A DNA stretch of 64,000 bases from the NCBI GenBank assembly GCA_963812135.1, contig CAWETU010000001.1:672001-736000 (forward strand), read 5' to 3'. Below the pieces are notes generated by a model. It worked only from the letters and a program-made list of their open reading frames with translations. It did no database searches and was not told the DNA's origin. Below, piece by piece: positions 1-10,224 of the stretch (position 1 is its first letter; each line of letters opens with the position of its first letter). A program made the position numbers and the translations under genes. Source of the stretch: Vulcanimicrobiota bacterium (GTDB lineage: Bacteria > Vulcanimicrobiota > Vulcanimicrobiia > Eremiobacterales > Eremiobacteraceae).

Positions 1-658
1 GGCCGCGCGTCTGCGCCGCGAACGCGACGCGCGTGCGGCTGGGTGAGTGACCCGCGTGCTGATGGATGCCGAAGAACGGATCAGCCTCGTCCGCGTGATA
101 GTATTCGATCATGGCCCGATCCGCGACGCGTTTCGTGTAGCCGAGCGCCGGCATGAACGCGTCATAGAAGCCGCTCACCGACGCAAGCGATCGCACTCGA
201 TGGTCGATATGGTCAAACGGATAGTGCGTCGCGTTTGGGCCCGTGCCGGCGCTGAGGCCGATCTCGTGAGCCGCGTCGAGGCCGTTGCGCGTCACCTCGA
301 GCTTGTTGCCCTCAGGATCTTCGAAGAACACCGCGTAGTACGGATGACCATTGTCCTGGCACTCCATCGGGCCTTCGATGTCGCGCGCGCCGATCGACGC
401 CAGCAACGCACCGATGCGATCGACATCGGCCCGCGTCTGCGCCGCGAACGCGACGCGGGTGAGGCTGGGCGAATGACCGGCGTGCTGGTGGATGCCGAAA
501 AACATATCCGCCTCATCCGGGTGATAGTATTCGATCACGGTCCGGCCCACGACGCGCTTCGTGTAGCCAAGCGCCGGCATGAGCGCGTCGTAGAACCCGC
601 TCACCGACGCGAGCGATCGTACGCGATGATCGATATGATCCAGCGGATAGCGCGTCAC
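1..658 (-). CDS. VOC/glyoxalase family protein with two tandem near-identical domains (3' end runs off the window)
   Basis: Translated by hand; absent from the ORF track because it has no stop in the window. GTG at 658 overlaps the upstream TGA. MTRYPLDHIDHRVRSL...FYDALMPALGY...RVAFAA...YYAVFFEDPEGNKLEV is followed in frame by a second HYPFDHIDHRVRSL... copy. Confidence 0.85.
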   Translation of the reverse strand, partial: MTRYPLDHIDHRVRSLASVSGFYDALMPALGYTKRVVGRTVIEYYHPDEADMFFGIHQHAGHSPSLTRVAFAAQTRADVDRIGALLASIGARDIEGPMECQDNGHPYYAVFFEDPEGNKLEVTRNGLDAAHEIGLSAGTGPNATHYPFDHIDHRVRSLASVSGFYDAFMPALGYTKRVADRAMIEYYHADEADPFFGIHQHAGHSPSRTRVAFAAQTRG

Positions 659-1869
659 GAACCCGTTCGTTCAGCAGCAGCGCGCGATGCCGGCGGCGGC
701 GCACGTCGCGGGAGCAGGTCGGTCACGGCGCCCCATCCCTTCTTGAGCAGCGGACGTTCGAACAAATACGTGATGAGCGAGGCGACCGCGATCGAGATGA
801 TCACCGTGACCACCAAGTAGGTCCACTGCCACACGGGATCGTGTTCGAAGTTCGCGGTGCGCGGCAGCGGGAACGAGTGGCGCGCGAGGTAGGTGGCGAT
901 GAGCTGATGCCAGAGATACAGATTGTAGGAGATGACCGACAAGAACACGAGCACCGGATTGGCGAGCACCGCGCGCCACCACGCGGACGCAAGACACGAC
1001 GCCACGGCCAGCAGCACGAATGACAAACCGAGCAGGCTCAAGTGGCCGGTCTGCCATGCATACTGCCAGTCAGGCCGGACGCGCGTGACGAACAGGTCGT
1101 ACAGGAGCCAGCCGTACAGGCCAAAGCCGACGATCGCAAGCGCGGTCCACGCGACGTGCCAGCGCTCGAGTTGGGGGATGCGGTTGCGCAACCACACGAG
1201 CAGCCACGCCGCGAACATGCCGCAGGCGAACAGATCGAGGAACGCGGGCAGCTGCGTCAGCTTCACGTAATCGCCGATGCAACACGGCGCGAGCCAGAGC
1301 CGGTATCCGTTGGCGATCGCCAACATGCCGGCGAACGTCGCGAGCGGCCAACGGCGGAAACACCAGCACAGCAGTGGGAAGATGACGTAGAACTGCACTT
1401 CGACCGCAAGCGTCCAGAGCACGCCGTTGATCGAGCCGAACGTGTCGCGGAACCAGTTGTGGATGAACAGCAGGTGCGTGGCGTATTCCTTGAACAGCAA
1501 GACCCCGCTGAACGCGGCGAGGATCCACGGCGTGAGCACGAGCAGCTGCAGGTAATACGATGGCACGATCTTGATGAAACGGCGGTACGCGAATTGCTTG
1601 ACGGTCGGTAACGGCCGGCCCTCGAACACATGGCGCGCATACGGATAGAACAGCACGAAGCCGCTGATGAAGAAGAACAGGTCGACGCCCGTGAAGCCGG
1701 TCTCCGGGATGACACCGAGATTGATATCGTGACCGAAGAGATCGAAACGCGACGGCAGCCAGTTCCATTCCCAGACGTGATACCACAGCACCACGAAGAT
1801 GGCGATGCCGCGCAGCCCGTCGAGGACGCCTAAGTGCGCCGGCGAGGGCGCGCGCGGCGTCTCAACCAT
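655..1869 (-). CDS. Acyltransferase family 3 (OafA/YrhL-like) membrane O-acyltransferase
   Basis: LDGLRGIAI, GVDLFFFISGF, RRFIKIVP, LWTLAVEVQFY, ISYNLYLWH and FERP motifs; multi-TM. Confidence 0.92.
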   Translation of the reverse strand: MVETPRAPSPAHLGVLDGLRGIAIFVVLWYHVWEWNWLPSRFDLFGHDINLGVIPETGFTGVDLFFFISGFVLFYPYARHVFEGRPLPTVKQFAYRRFIKIVPSYYLQLLVLTPWILAAFSGVLLFKEYATHLLFIHNWFRDTFGSINGVLWTLAVEVQFYVIFPLLCWCFRRWPLATFAGMLAIANGYRLWLAPCCIGDYVKLTQLPAFLDLFACGMFAAWLLVWLRNRIPQLERWHVAWTALAIVGFGLYGWLLYDLFVTRVRPDWQYAWQTGHLSLLGLSFVLLAVASCLASAWWRAVLANPVLVFLSVISYNLYLWHQLIATYLARHSFPLPRTANFEHDPVWQWTYLVVTVIISIAVASLITYLFERPLLKKGWGAVTDLLPRRAPPPASRAAAERTGS

Positions 1870-3076
1870 CGCTGGCCGTCGCGGCGGGCGCCGGTTCGCG
1901 CGCGATCTCGGGGCGCCGCTGGAAGAGATCCGTGATGGCGCGTAGGCCTTTCTTGAGGATCGGCCGTTCGATAACGTACGTGATGAAGATCGAGATCGCG
2001 AGCGAGATCAGCAGCGACCACGCGATGTAGACCCACTTCCAGTGTTCATCCGCGTGCGGGTCGGCCATGCTCGACGCGGGGATATGATGGCGCAACATGT
2101 AGACCATGACGACGTTATGCCACAAGTAGAGATTATACGAGATGACGCCGAGGAACACGAAGGCGCGGTTGGCGATCGCGCGATGCAGCCACGCGTACGA
2201 GAACAGCGCCGCGATCGTGAACACCAGCAGCGCCAGGCCGAAGAACGGGCGGTTCGACGCTTGCCACGCGTTGTAGCCGTTGTGCACGTAGAGGCGCGTG
2301 AGCAAATTGTTCAGCAGCGCGAAGATCGCGACGCCTGAGCCCAGCGCCACCGCGGTCCCCAGCCACTGATAGCGCTCGACCGGCAGCCGGGCGCGCGCCC
2401 AGACGAAGAGATACGCGGCGAGCATGCCGTTCGCGAACAGATCGAGATACGCGGGTAGCTGGCCCATCAAGACGTAGTCGCCGATGTCGATGTGCGAGGC
2501 CCACAGACGATATCCGACGGCGACCGCGACCATCGCAAGGTATGTGATAACCGGCCAACGCCGGAACGCCCAACAGACCGCAGGGAAGATGACGTAGAAT
2601 TGGACCTCCACGCCAAGGCTCCACAGCACGCCGTTGATACCCACCCATGTGGGGACGGAGAAGATGTGGATGAACAGCAGATGCGAGACGATCTGCCACA
2701 CGCCTTGCCAGAACGTGGGGAACTCGCCGAGCAGCACCGCCGCGACGATCAACGCGATGACATACGACGGCACGATCTTGACGAACCGCCGGTACGCGAA
2801 TTGCTTGACGGTCTGCAGCGGGCGGCCTTCGAACAGATGGCGCGCGTACGGATAGAACAACACGAAGCCGCTGATGAAGAAGAACAGCTCGACGCCCATC
2901 AAACCGGTGCCGGGAATGACGAGCGTGTCGAAGCGATGGCCGAACACCGTGAAAAACGGGCTCAGCCACGAGAAAAGCCATAAGTGCCACCACACGACCA
3001 TGAGGATGGCGATGCCGCGCAGGCCGTCGAGCACGTCGAGGCGGGCATCGGATGGTGGGCGGGCCGATGATGCCAT
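1862..3076 (-). CDS. Acyltransferase family 3 membrane O-acyltransferase (paralog of the neighbour)
   Basis: Same AT3 motifs (LDGLRGIAI, VELFFFISGF, LWSLGVEVQFY, ISYNLYLWH). ATG 3076 chosen; the ORF track extends to 3106. Confidence 0.9.
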   Translation of the reverse strand: MASSARPPSDARLDVLDGLRGIAILMVVWWHLWLFSWLSPFFTVFGHRFDTLVIPGTGLMGVELFFFISGFVLFYPYARHLFEGRPLQTVKQFAYRRFVKIVPSYVIALIVAAVLLGEFPTFWQGVWQIVSHLLFIHIFSVPTWVGINGVLWSLGVEVQFYVIFPAVCWAFRRWPVITYLAMVAVAVGYRLWASHIDIGDYVLMGQLPAYLDLFANGMLAAYLFVWARARLPVERYQWLGTAVALGSGVAIFALLNNLLTRLYVHNGYNAWQASNRPFFGLALLVFTIAALFSYAWLHRAIANRAFVFLGVISYNLYLWHNVVMVYMLRHHIPASSMADPHADEHWKWVYIAWSLLISLAISIFITYVIERPILKKGLRAITDLFQRRPEIAREPAPAATASDG

Positions 3077-3167
3077 GCTGTTGTCATCGGCGGAATTCGT
3101 CGGCAACGTTTGCGCCGCCTAGGGATGGCCGTGGCGCGCCCGAACTTCGCGGCATGGGGATGCGCGC

Positions 3168-4004
3168 ATGACCGCCGGGCGCCTCGTCTTGTGCCCGACG
3201 CCGCTCGGCAATCTTGAGGACATCACCGCGCGCGCCTTGCGCGCATTGCGCGAGTGCGATCTGATCGTCGCCGAAGACACGCGCGTCACCGGCGGCCTGC
3301 TGCATCATTTCGGGATCGAAAAACCGATGCGTTCGCTGCACGAGCGCGTCGAAGCGCGGCGCCTGCGCGAGATCGGCGAGGCGTTGCGCGACGGCAAGAC
3401 CGTCGTCATGACGACCGACGCCGGCATGCCCGGCATCTCCGATCCGGGAGCGAAGCTGGTCCAGTTGGCGCGCGCGCAAGGCGCGGCGGTCGACGCGCTG
3501 CCCGGTCCAACTGCGTTTGTCGGCGCGCTGGTGCTCAGCGGATTCGACATCAGCCGTTTCCGCTTCGATGGATTTCCGCCGCGCAAGGCGCCGGAGAGGC
3601 GCCGCTACTTGCGTTCGCTGCGCGAGGTCGACCACGCGATCGTCTGGTATGAAGCGCCCACGCGCGTGATCGGTCTGCTCGACGACATCGAACGCGAGCT
3701 CCCCGACCGGCGCGTCTTCGTCTTGCGCGAATACACGAAGATGTTCGAACAGCACGCGCTCGGGCTCGCCGCCGACGTGCGCCGTCAGATCGAGCAGCCG
3801 GCGCGCGGCGAGTTCAGCGTCGTGCTCGAAGGAGCGCGGGCGCGCGATGTCGCGCGTGAGGTTCCGCCAGAGGCGCGCGAGGCCGTACAGCGTCTGGTGG
3901 CGCGGGGAACGGGTGCGCGCGACGCGGCCGAAGCGGTTTCGCTTGCGACCGGCGTTCCGAAGAACGCGCTCTATCGCGTCGCGCTCGAGCGGCGCAAGCG
4001 CTGA
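3168..4004 (+). CDS. rsmI: 16S rRNA (cytidine1402-2'-O)-methyltransferase
   Basis: PTPLGNLEDIT, AEDTR, DAGMPGISDPG, YEAPTR, RGEF. Confidence 0.95.
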   Translation: MTAGRLVLCPTPLGNLEDITARALRALRECDLIVAEDTRVTGGLLHHFGIEKPMRSLHERVEARRLREIGEALRDGKTVVMTTDAGMPGISDPGAKLVQLARAQGAAVDALPGPTAFVGALVLSGFDISRFRFDGFPPRKAPERRRYLRSLREVDHAIVWYEAPTRVIGLLDDIERELPDRRVFVLREYTKMFEQHALGLAADVRRQIEQPARGEFSVVLEGARARDVAREVPPEAREAVQRLVARGTGARDAAEAVSLATGVPKNALYRVALERRKR

Positions 4005-4006
4005 CG

Positions 4007-4771
4007 ATGCACGTCGAGACCTGGATGCTCGTCGCGCTCGGCGCGACGGCGTTCGTCGCGGGCGCGGTCGACTCGATCGTCGGCGGCGGCGGCTTGATCA
4101 ACTTGCCAGTGCTGCTTTTGTTCGGCCTGCCCGTGCAGACCGCGCTCGGCACGAACAAGCTCGCCGGTATCGCTGGCACGGCCACCGCGACCGCGACGTT
4201 CGCCGCCGCGCGCGCCATCCGCTGGCCCATCGTCTTCGCCGGCGCGGTCGCCGCCTTTGTCGGCGCGCTGCTTGGCGCGCATACGGTGTTGCGGATCGAT
4301 CCCGGCGTGCTGCGCGTGATCGTCTCGGTGCTTTTGATCGTCGTGTCGGCGGTCGTCGCATTGCGGCCGCAACTCGGGCAAGTCGTCGCTGCGCGCGGCG
4401 CCGAGCGCTCGATCTGGCGGTCCGGCGCGATCGGGCTTGCGACCGGCTACTACGACGGCTTCTTCGGTCCGGGCGCCGGCGTGTTCATGATCTTCCTTTT
4501 CGTGATGTGGCTCGGACTGGATTTCCTCGCAGCATCGGGCGTCGCCAAGGCGACCAATTTCGCATCCAATCTCGGCGCCATCATCATCTTCGCGCTGGCG
4601 GGCACGATCGACTATCGGATCGGCGCGGTGATGGCCATCTGCGCGGTCGCCGGCAGCTTCACAGGGTCGCGTCTGGCGATCGTGCGCGGCAGCTCGTTCG
4701 TCCGCTACGTCTTTTTGGCGATGGCGTGGGCGCTCGCCGCGCGCTTGCTCTGGCAGGCGCTGCACCGCTAG
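4007..4771 (+). CDS. TSUP / sulfite exporter TauE/SafE family membrane protein
   Basis: AGAVDSIVGGGGLI, ALGTNK, GYYDGFFGPGAG, AKATNFASN. Confidence 0.9.
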   Translation: MHVETWMLVALGATAFVAGAVDSIVGGGGLINLPVLLLFGLPVQTALGTNKLAGIAGTATATATFAAARAIRWPIVFAGAVAAFVGALLGAHTVLRIDPGVLRVIVSVLLIVVSAVVALRPQLGQVVAARGAERSIWRSGAIGLATGYYDGFFGPGAGVFMIFLFVMWLGLDFLAASGVAKATNFASNLGAIIIFALAGTIDYRIGAVMAICAVAGSFTGSRLAIVRGSSFVRYVFLAMAWALAARLLWQALHR

Positions 4772-4794
4772 CCGGGCAACAATGAGCGGTATAT

Positions 4795-6333
4795 ATGGCT
4801 AAGGACACTTTCTATCTCACCACGCCGCTGTACTACACGAACAACAACCCTCACATCGGCCACGGCTACACGACGATCGCCGCCGACGTCCTCGCGCGCC
4901 TCCATCGCGCAACCGGCAACGGCCGCGTCTGGTTCCTCACCGGCACCGACGAGCACGCGCAGAAGATCGCCGACGCCGCCACCGCCAAGGGCAAGACGCC
5001 CAAGCAGTTCGTCGACGAGATCGTCGAGCGCTGGAAGGCGGAGTGGCGCGCGCTGAACATCAGCTACGATCAGTTCATCCGCACGACCGATCCAGAACAC
5101 GAAGCGGCGGTGCAGCGCATCTTCACGACCCTGCAGGAACGCGGCGACATCGTGCCCGGGAAATACGAAGGGTGGTATTGCCGGACGGACGAGACGTTCT
5201 GGGTGGAGAGCAAGCTGATCGACGGCCGTTGCCCGAACCCGGAGTGCGGGCGGCCGGTCGAATGGGTTTCCGAAGACGCGTGGTTCTTCAAACTGTCGGC
5301 GTATCGCGACCGCCTGATCAAACATTTCGAGACGCATCCCGAGTGGGTCCGCCCGCAAAGCTCGTACAACGAGATGATGGCGATCTTGCAAGGCGGTCTT
5401 GAGGACTTGTGCGTCTCGCGCCAAAGCGTCGAGTGGGCGATCCCGGTTCCCGGCAAACCGGGCATCACCATCTACGTCTGGTTCGACGCGATCTGCAACT
5501 ATATCACCGCGGCCGGCTATCCGCATGACATGGCGCGCTTCGAGGGGCTCTGGCCTGCGGACGTCCAGCTGATCGGCAAGGAGATCGCGCGCTTCCACAC
5601 CATCATCTGGCCGGCGATTCTCATGGCGCTCGGACTGCCGCTGCCGCGCAAGGTGTTCGCGAACGGCTGGATCACGATGGAAGGGCTCAAGATCAGCAAA
5701 AGCCTCGGCAACATCGTCACCGCCGACGAGCTGATCGCGCGCTACGGCGTGGACGGCACGCGTTATCTGCTGCTCGCGCAGGCGGCGTTCGGCACCGATT
5801 TCAGTCTGAGCGACGAGGGCATGCAGCGCCGCTACAACGCCGATCTTGCCAACGACCTTGGCAATCTCGTGCAGCGTTCGCTGTCGATGCTCGGCCGCTA
5901 TCGCAATGGAATCGTGCCGGCCGTCTACGCTGGTTCGCCGCTGGCGGCCGGCTTCGAGTCGGCGCGCAACGCGGTGCGCACCTCCTTGGACGAGCTGGAC
6001 TACCGTGCGGCGCTCGCCGCGATCTGGGAACGCGTCGGCGCGCTCAATCTGCACGTCGAGCAGACCAAGCCGTGGGAGCTCTCAAAACGCGGCGACGATA
6101 AGAAACTCGACGAGACGCTGTACGAGTTGAGCGAAGGACTCCGCTGGATCGCAGCCTTCGTCGCGCCCTTCATGCCCACGACGGGTGAAGCCGTGTGGCG
6201 CGCGCTCGGACAAGAAGGCGTGCCAGGCCGCTTTTGGGAGCAGGAGCTCGCGTGGGGCAAGCTCGCGGCGGGCACCAAGACGAACTTGCCGCCGGCGCTG
6301 TTCCCACGCATCGAGGCTCCCGGCGCCGCGTGA
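4795..6333 (+). CDS. metG: Methionine--tRNA ligase (short form without C-terminal tRNA-binding domain)
   Basis: FYLTTPLYY, HIGH, GTDEH, YVWFDA, KISKS, LANDLGNL. Confidence 0.97.
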   Translation: MAKDTFYLTTPLYYTNNNPHIGHGYTTIAADVLARLHRATGNGRVWFLTGTDEHAQKIADAATAKGKTPKQFVDEIVERWKAEWRALNISYDQFIRTTDPEHEAAVQRIFTTLQERGDIVPGKYEGWYCRTDETFWVESKLIDGRCPNPECGRPVEWVSEDAWFFKLSAYRDRLIKHFETHPEWVRPQSSYNEMMAILQGGLEDLCVSRQSVEWAIPVPGKPGITIYVWFDAICNYITAAGYPHDMARFEGLWPADVQLIGKEIARFHTIIWPAILMALGLPLPRKVFANGWITMEGLKISKSLGNIVTADELIARYGVDGTRYLLLAQAAFGTDFSLSDEGMQRRYNADLANDLGNLVQRSLSMLGRYRNGIVPAVYAGSPLAAGFESARNAVRTSLDELDYRAALAAIWERVGALNLHVEQTKPWELSKRGDDKKLDETLYELSEGLRWIAAFVAPFMPTTGEAVWRALGQEGVPGRFWEQELAWGKLAAGTKTNLPPALFPRIEAPGAA

Positions 6334-7127
6334 ATCTCGTCGACACCCACGCGCACCTGGACGGCGCGGACTTCGACGGCGATCTTGAGAGCGTACTGGA
6401 ACGCGCGCGGGCGGCAGGCGTGCGCGCGATCGTGTCGGCGGGTCAAGACGAGAAGACCACTGCGCACGAGTTGCTGCTTGTAGCCAAATATCCACGACCA
6501 TCTGAATCGTATCCCGCCGTGGCCCCGGCTGCGGGCGTGCACCCGCACGAGGCGAAATCGGCCGGCGACCTGCGCTGGCTCGGACCATACTTGGACGATC
6601 CGCGCGTGATCGCCGCCGGGGAGATGGGCCTCGACTACCATTACGACTTCTCGCCGCGCGACGTGCAGCGCGACGTGCTCGCGCGCCAACTCGATATGGC
6701 CGGCGCGCGCGACCTCCCGGTCATATTGCACTGCCGCGAAGCGGAGGATGATCTCGCCGCCGTCTTACGCGATCACTTCACGCCCGGCCGGCTCGGCGTG
6801 CTGCATTGCTTCACCGGTACGTATGATTGGGGCATGCGGCTGATCGAGGAATTCGGTCTTTTCCTCGGACTCGGCGGCGCGATCACGTTCAAAAACGCGA
6901 AGGATCTGCATGACGCGGCCTCGCGTTTGCCGCTCGACCACCTCGTGCTTGAGACCGACAGCCCCTACATGACGCCCGCGCCGCATCGCGGCAAGCGCAA
7001 TGAACCGGCGTTCATCGCGCTCACCTGCGTGCGACTTGCCGAGCTGCGCGCCGCCGCGCCGCCCGACATCGCGGCAGCGACCACCGCCAACGCGCAGCGA
7101 CTATTTCCGAAGCTGCGGATCGCGTAG
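6330..7127 (+). CDS. tatD: TatD family hydrolase (DNase)
   Basis: GTG start overlaps the metG stop; DTHAHL, GVHPH, GEMGLDY, HCR, HCF, ETDSPY, RGKRNEP. Confidence 0.93.
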   Translation: MNLVDTHAHLDGADFDGDLESVLERARAAGVRAIVSAGQDEKTTAHELLLVAKYPRPSESYPAVAPAAGVHPHEAKSAGDLRWLGPYLDDPRVIAAGEMGLDYHYDFSPRDVQRDVLARQLDMAGARDLPVILHCREAEDDLAAVLRDHFTPGRLGVLHCFTGTYDWGMRLIEEFGLFLGLGGAITFKNAKDLHDAASRLPLDHLVLETDSPYMTPAPHRGKRNEPAFIALTCVRLAELRAAAPPDIAAATTANAQRLFPKLRIA

Positions 7128-7137
7128 CGCCGAAGCG

Positions 7138-7287
7138 CTACCGAGCCTGTGCCGTATGCTGCGCCGGATGAGAATTGGTCCCCGCGTGGGGCTGGTAGGG
7201 GTTCGTCACGAGCATCGGAACGACGAGCACCGCGACGAGGATCAACGCGCACGCGGCGTCGATGATGAGTTGTGTTGAGAATTTCAT
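7138..7287 (-). CDS. Small (49 aa) single-TM hypothetical protein
   Basis: GGAGG RBS before ATG 7287; MKFSTQLIIDAACALILVAVLVVPMLVTNPYQPHAG... Confidence 0.55.
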   Translation of the reverse strand: MKFSTQLIIDAACALILVAVLVVPMLVTNPYQPHAGTNSHPAQHTAQAR

Positions 7288-7420
7288 GGTCCAAACCTCC
7301 GAGAGAGCAAGTGTTGACGCTTGCATCGTACCTCGTGGGCTGCAGGCCGGGCTTCGTGGGAAACACGGAAGAAGCGTACGTGCGAGTACGGATATTAGCG
7401 TGGGGAGGCGAGGACGAGCC

Positions 7421-8327
7421 TCAAAGGGGTGTGGCTTGACACCACATGCGGTCGAAGTCCGCGCGCAAGGAAGCAGCGCCGTCGTCAAAGTCGGATGGCG
7501 CCGCGATGATGCCGATCTCGCGCGCCTCCTCGAGCCCGTTCCGCGAGAGGTTCGCGGAGCCCACATAGATGCGGTCGCCGGCGTCGATGTACTTATCATG
7601 CATATATTTGCCGTGAAATGTCCGAACGGCGACGTCGCAGTCGGCCAACAGACGCAGCAACGCCGAGCGACGTGCGCCCTTGGTGTTGACCAATACCTGG
7701 TCGTGCATGCCGCGTTCATGGCGCAAGAGCAGCGCTTCCACTACGTGCGGGTCCGACAGACCCTCGCATGCGATCCGCTCGTCGACCGGTGCCTCCAGCA
7801 ACTCGGCGATTCGCCGGCGCGACTCTGCGTTCGGTCCAGCGATGACGCGCATCGACTGCGAGGGTTCGCCGCGAATCGATGATCGTATCGCCGCCACGTC
7901 CCCGGGCTTGCGATCTTCAACGAGCGCGTCGCCCGGCTGCCCGAAGCCGGCTGGCGTTCGGATTCGCGGTCGACACGAATGCGCGAGCGCCGTCAACGAC
8001 TGCGGCCTTCGCGTGTTCGAGGGTAACTGGATCGGCCTCAGCGATGAGGTGAATGCGATGATCCAAGAGCCGGTCGTATTGATCGTACGCCGCCCTGACG
8101 TGGGCATCGATCGGCGTGTGGCCATCGGCGTGCTTGTACCGGCCGCGATCTCCCTCGACATGAATGGTGATATCGACGCCGCGTCGCGCCGCGGTGTTGA
8201 GCGCATCGATGACGCCCGCATCGCCTACGCTGTAAAATTCTGCCTCGATCGAGTGATGTGCTGAGGCGAATGCGTCGCACAACGCCGCGCGCGCGTTCGC
8301 GCCGAACTCGACGTGGAGATCCGACAT
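7421..8327 (-). pseudogene. Phospholipase D / cardiolipin-synthase-like protein split by a frameshift near 7950-7960
   Basis: ORF 7917..8327 has the first HKD (HAKAAVVD...FVSTAN). The overlapping frame 7421..8221 has the second PLD half (MHDKYIDAGD...YVGSANL...REIG). The frames switch at ...AATCCGAACGCCAGCCGGCTTC... Confidence 0.75.
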
Positions 8328-8414
8328 TGGTGTGACCTGTCACGCACATCGCGAGCGCTGTCTAGCGCGCAGCCAGGAAAGCGCGGAAAGTCGTCCGAAG
8401 CGCACATTCGTTTC

Positions 8415-9161
8415 ATGAGCACTGATAAAGGAAGCGTCGTACGCGAGCTGTTCGACCGTATAGCAGCCCGCTACGATCGCGCCAACACCGTCATGACCGG
8501 CGGAATGGACGTCCTGTGGCGCCGGGCCGCGGTGAACCAGCTGCATGCCGCCGACGACGGCCGCCTGCTCGACCTGTGCTGCGGCACGGGTGCGCTGGCG
8601 CGCGACATGGCGCGGCGCGTGCCCGAAGGCCTGGTCGACGCGATCGACTTCAGTCCCAAGATGCTGGAGATCGCGCGCGCCCACAGCGAGCCGGGCAACG
8701 TCGTCTATCACGAGGGCGACGTCCTCGCATTGCCCTTCGAGGACGGCACGTTTGACGGCGCCGCCATGGGTTACTCGCTGCGCAACATCGTCGACATCCC
8801 AGCGTGCTTGCGCGAGATCGCGCGCGTGCTCAAGCCCGGCGCGTCATTCGTCAACCTCGAGGTGAGTAAACCGCCAAACCCGTTATGGCGGCGTTTGTTC
8901 TATCTCTACTTCTATAATGTGCTGCCGGTGCTCGGGCGCATGGCGGGCGGGGACGCCGCGGCGTACCGCTACCTGCCGCAGTCGCTCGTCAACTTCCCCG
9001 ACGCGGATGGCCTCGCGGCCCTGTTCCAAGCCAACGGCTTCGCGTACGTGCGCTACGTGCGCATCTGGGGCGGCGTGTCGGCGCTGCACATCGGCACGAA
9101 AGAACGCGTCCCTTCGGCCAACCGGACCGATCTGCCGATGACCGCGGATCTGCTCGCATGA
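8415..9161 (+). CDS. menG: Demethylmenaquinone methyltransferase (UbiE/MenG)
   Basis: VRELFDRIAARYDRAN, LLDLCCGTG, LPFEDGTFD, LRNI, AYRYLPQS. Confidence 0.9.
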   Translation: MSTDKGSVVRELFDRIAARYDRANTVMTGGMDVLWRRAAVNQLHAADDGRLLDLCCGTGALARDMARRVPEGLVDAIDFSPKMLEIARAHSEPGNVVYHEGDVLALPFEDGTFDGAAMGYSLRNIVDIPACLREIARVLKPGASFVNLEVSKPPNPLWRRLFYLYFYNVLPVLGRMAGGDAAAYRYLPQSLVNFPDADGLAALFQANGFAYVRYVRIWGGVSALHIGTKERVPSANRTDLPMTADLLA

Positions 9162-10162
9162 TCGAAGAATCGTCGCCCATCCACGCCGTCGTCGAGCAAT
9201 TCGTGCGCGAAGAGCTCTCGCACGAGAACGCGCACATCGCCGGCGCGGTGTGGAGCATGCTCGACGCCGGCGGCAAACGGCTGCGGCCTCGCATCACCAT
9301 GCTCGCCGGGCGGGCGGTCAACGCCGCCGCCCCCGACGATCCGGTGCTCGCGTCGTACATGGAGCTCATCCACGTGGCGACGCTCATCCACGACGACGTG
9401 CTCGACGAAGCCGACACGCGCCGCGGGCGCGAGTCGACCAACCACGCCTATGGCAATCGATTCTCAGTGCTCGCGGGCGACTATCTCTTCTCGTGGGTAT
9501 TCAAAAAGATCACGCTCGGATACGCGCCGCCTGTGCCGACGATCCTCGCGGCGATGCTCGCCGAGATCTGCAACGGCGAAGTCAAACAATTGCGGGCCGC
9601 GGGCGACCTTGCGATGACCGCCGATCGTTATCTCGAGATCATCGGAAAGAAGACCGCCGAACTGTTCGGATCGTGCGCTGAGGTCGGCGCCATCAACGCC
9701 TTGCTGCACGCCGGACGCGCGCCTGGCCCGGCGCTGCGCGACGACCACGAGGTTCGAGCGCTGCGCGAGTTCGGTCGGCTTTTCGGCCTGGCGTTCCAGA
9801 TCCGCGACGACTTGTACGACGCGATCGCGGACGAAGCCCAACTCGGTAAGCCCGCCGGCAGCGACCTGCGCGAGAAGAAGATGACGCTGCCGCTCATCTA
9901 TGCGCTTGCGCTGGGCGGCGCAGCCGAACGCCAGCGCGTGGAAGCGCTCTTCGCCTACGACGACGCATCCTCGGCGCAGGCGCGCCCGGCCCTCGACCGA
10001 GTCGTCGCAATGCTGCGCGAGGGTCCGGTGGTCGAACGCACGACGCAGGCCATGCGGCGTTACGCGGAGGACGCCGCGGCGGCGCTCGAACCGCTGCCGC
10101 CATCGGCCGCGCGCGACGAATTGGCAAGCCTGACGCATAGTCTCAGCGCTTTTTCACCGTAG
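9158..10162 (+). CDS. Polyprenyl diphosphate synthase (HepT/IspB family)
   Basis: GGKRLRP, LIHDDVLD..TRRG, KKTA, AFQIRDD, GKPAGSDLREKKMTLP. Confidence 0.93.
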   Translation: MIEESSPIHAVVEQFVREELSHENAHIAGAVWSMLDAGGKRLRPRITMLAGRAVNAAAPDDPVLASYMELIHVATLIHDDVLDEADTRRGRESTNHAYGNRFSVLAGDYLFSWVFKKITLGYAPPVPTILAAMLAEICNGEVKQLRAAGDLAMTADRYLEIIGKKTAELFGSCAEVGAINALLHAGRAPGPALRDDHEVRALREFGRLFGLAFQIRDDLYDAIADEAQLGKPAGSDLREKKMTLPLIYALALGGAAERQRVEALFAYDDASSAQARPALDRVVAMLREGPVVERTTQAMRRYAEDAAAALEPLPPSAARDELASLTHSLSAFSP

Positions 10163-10224
10163 GCGCGGGGGACGCTTTCGCGCGTCCGCGAACCATAGAC
10201 GACAACCGAAAGGAGCCCACCCTC

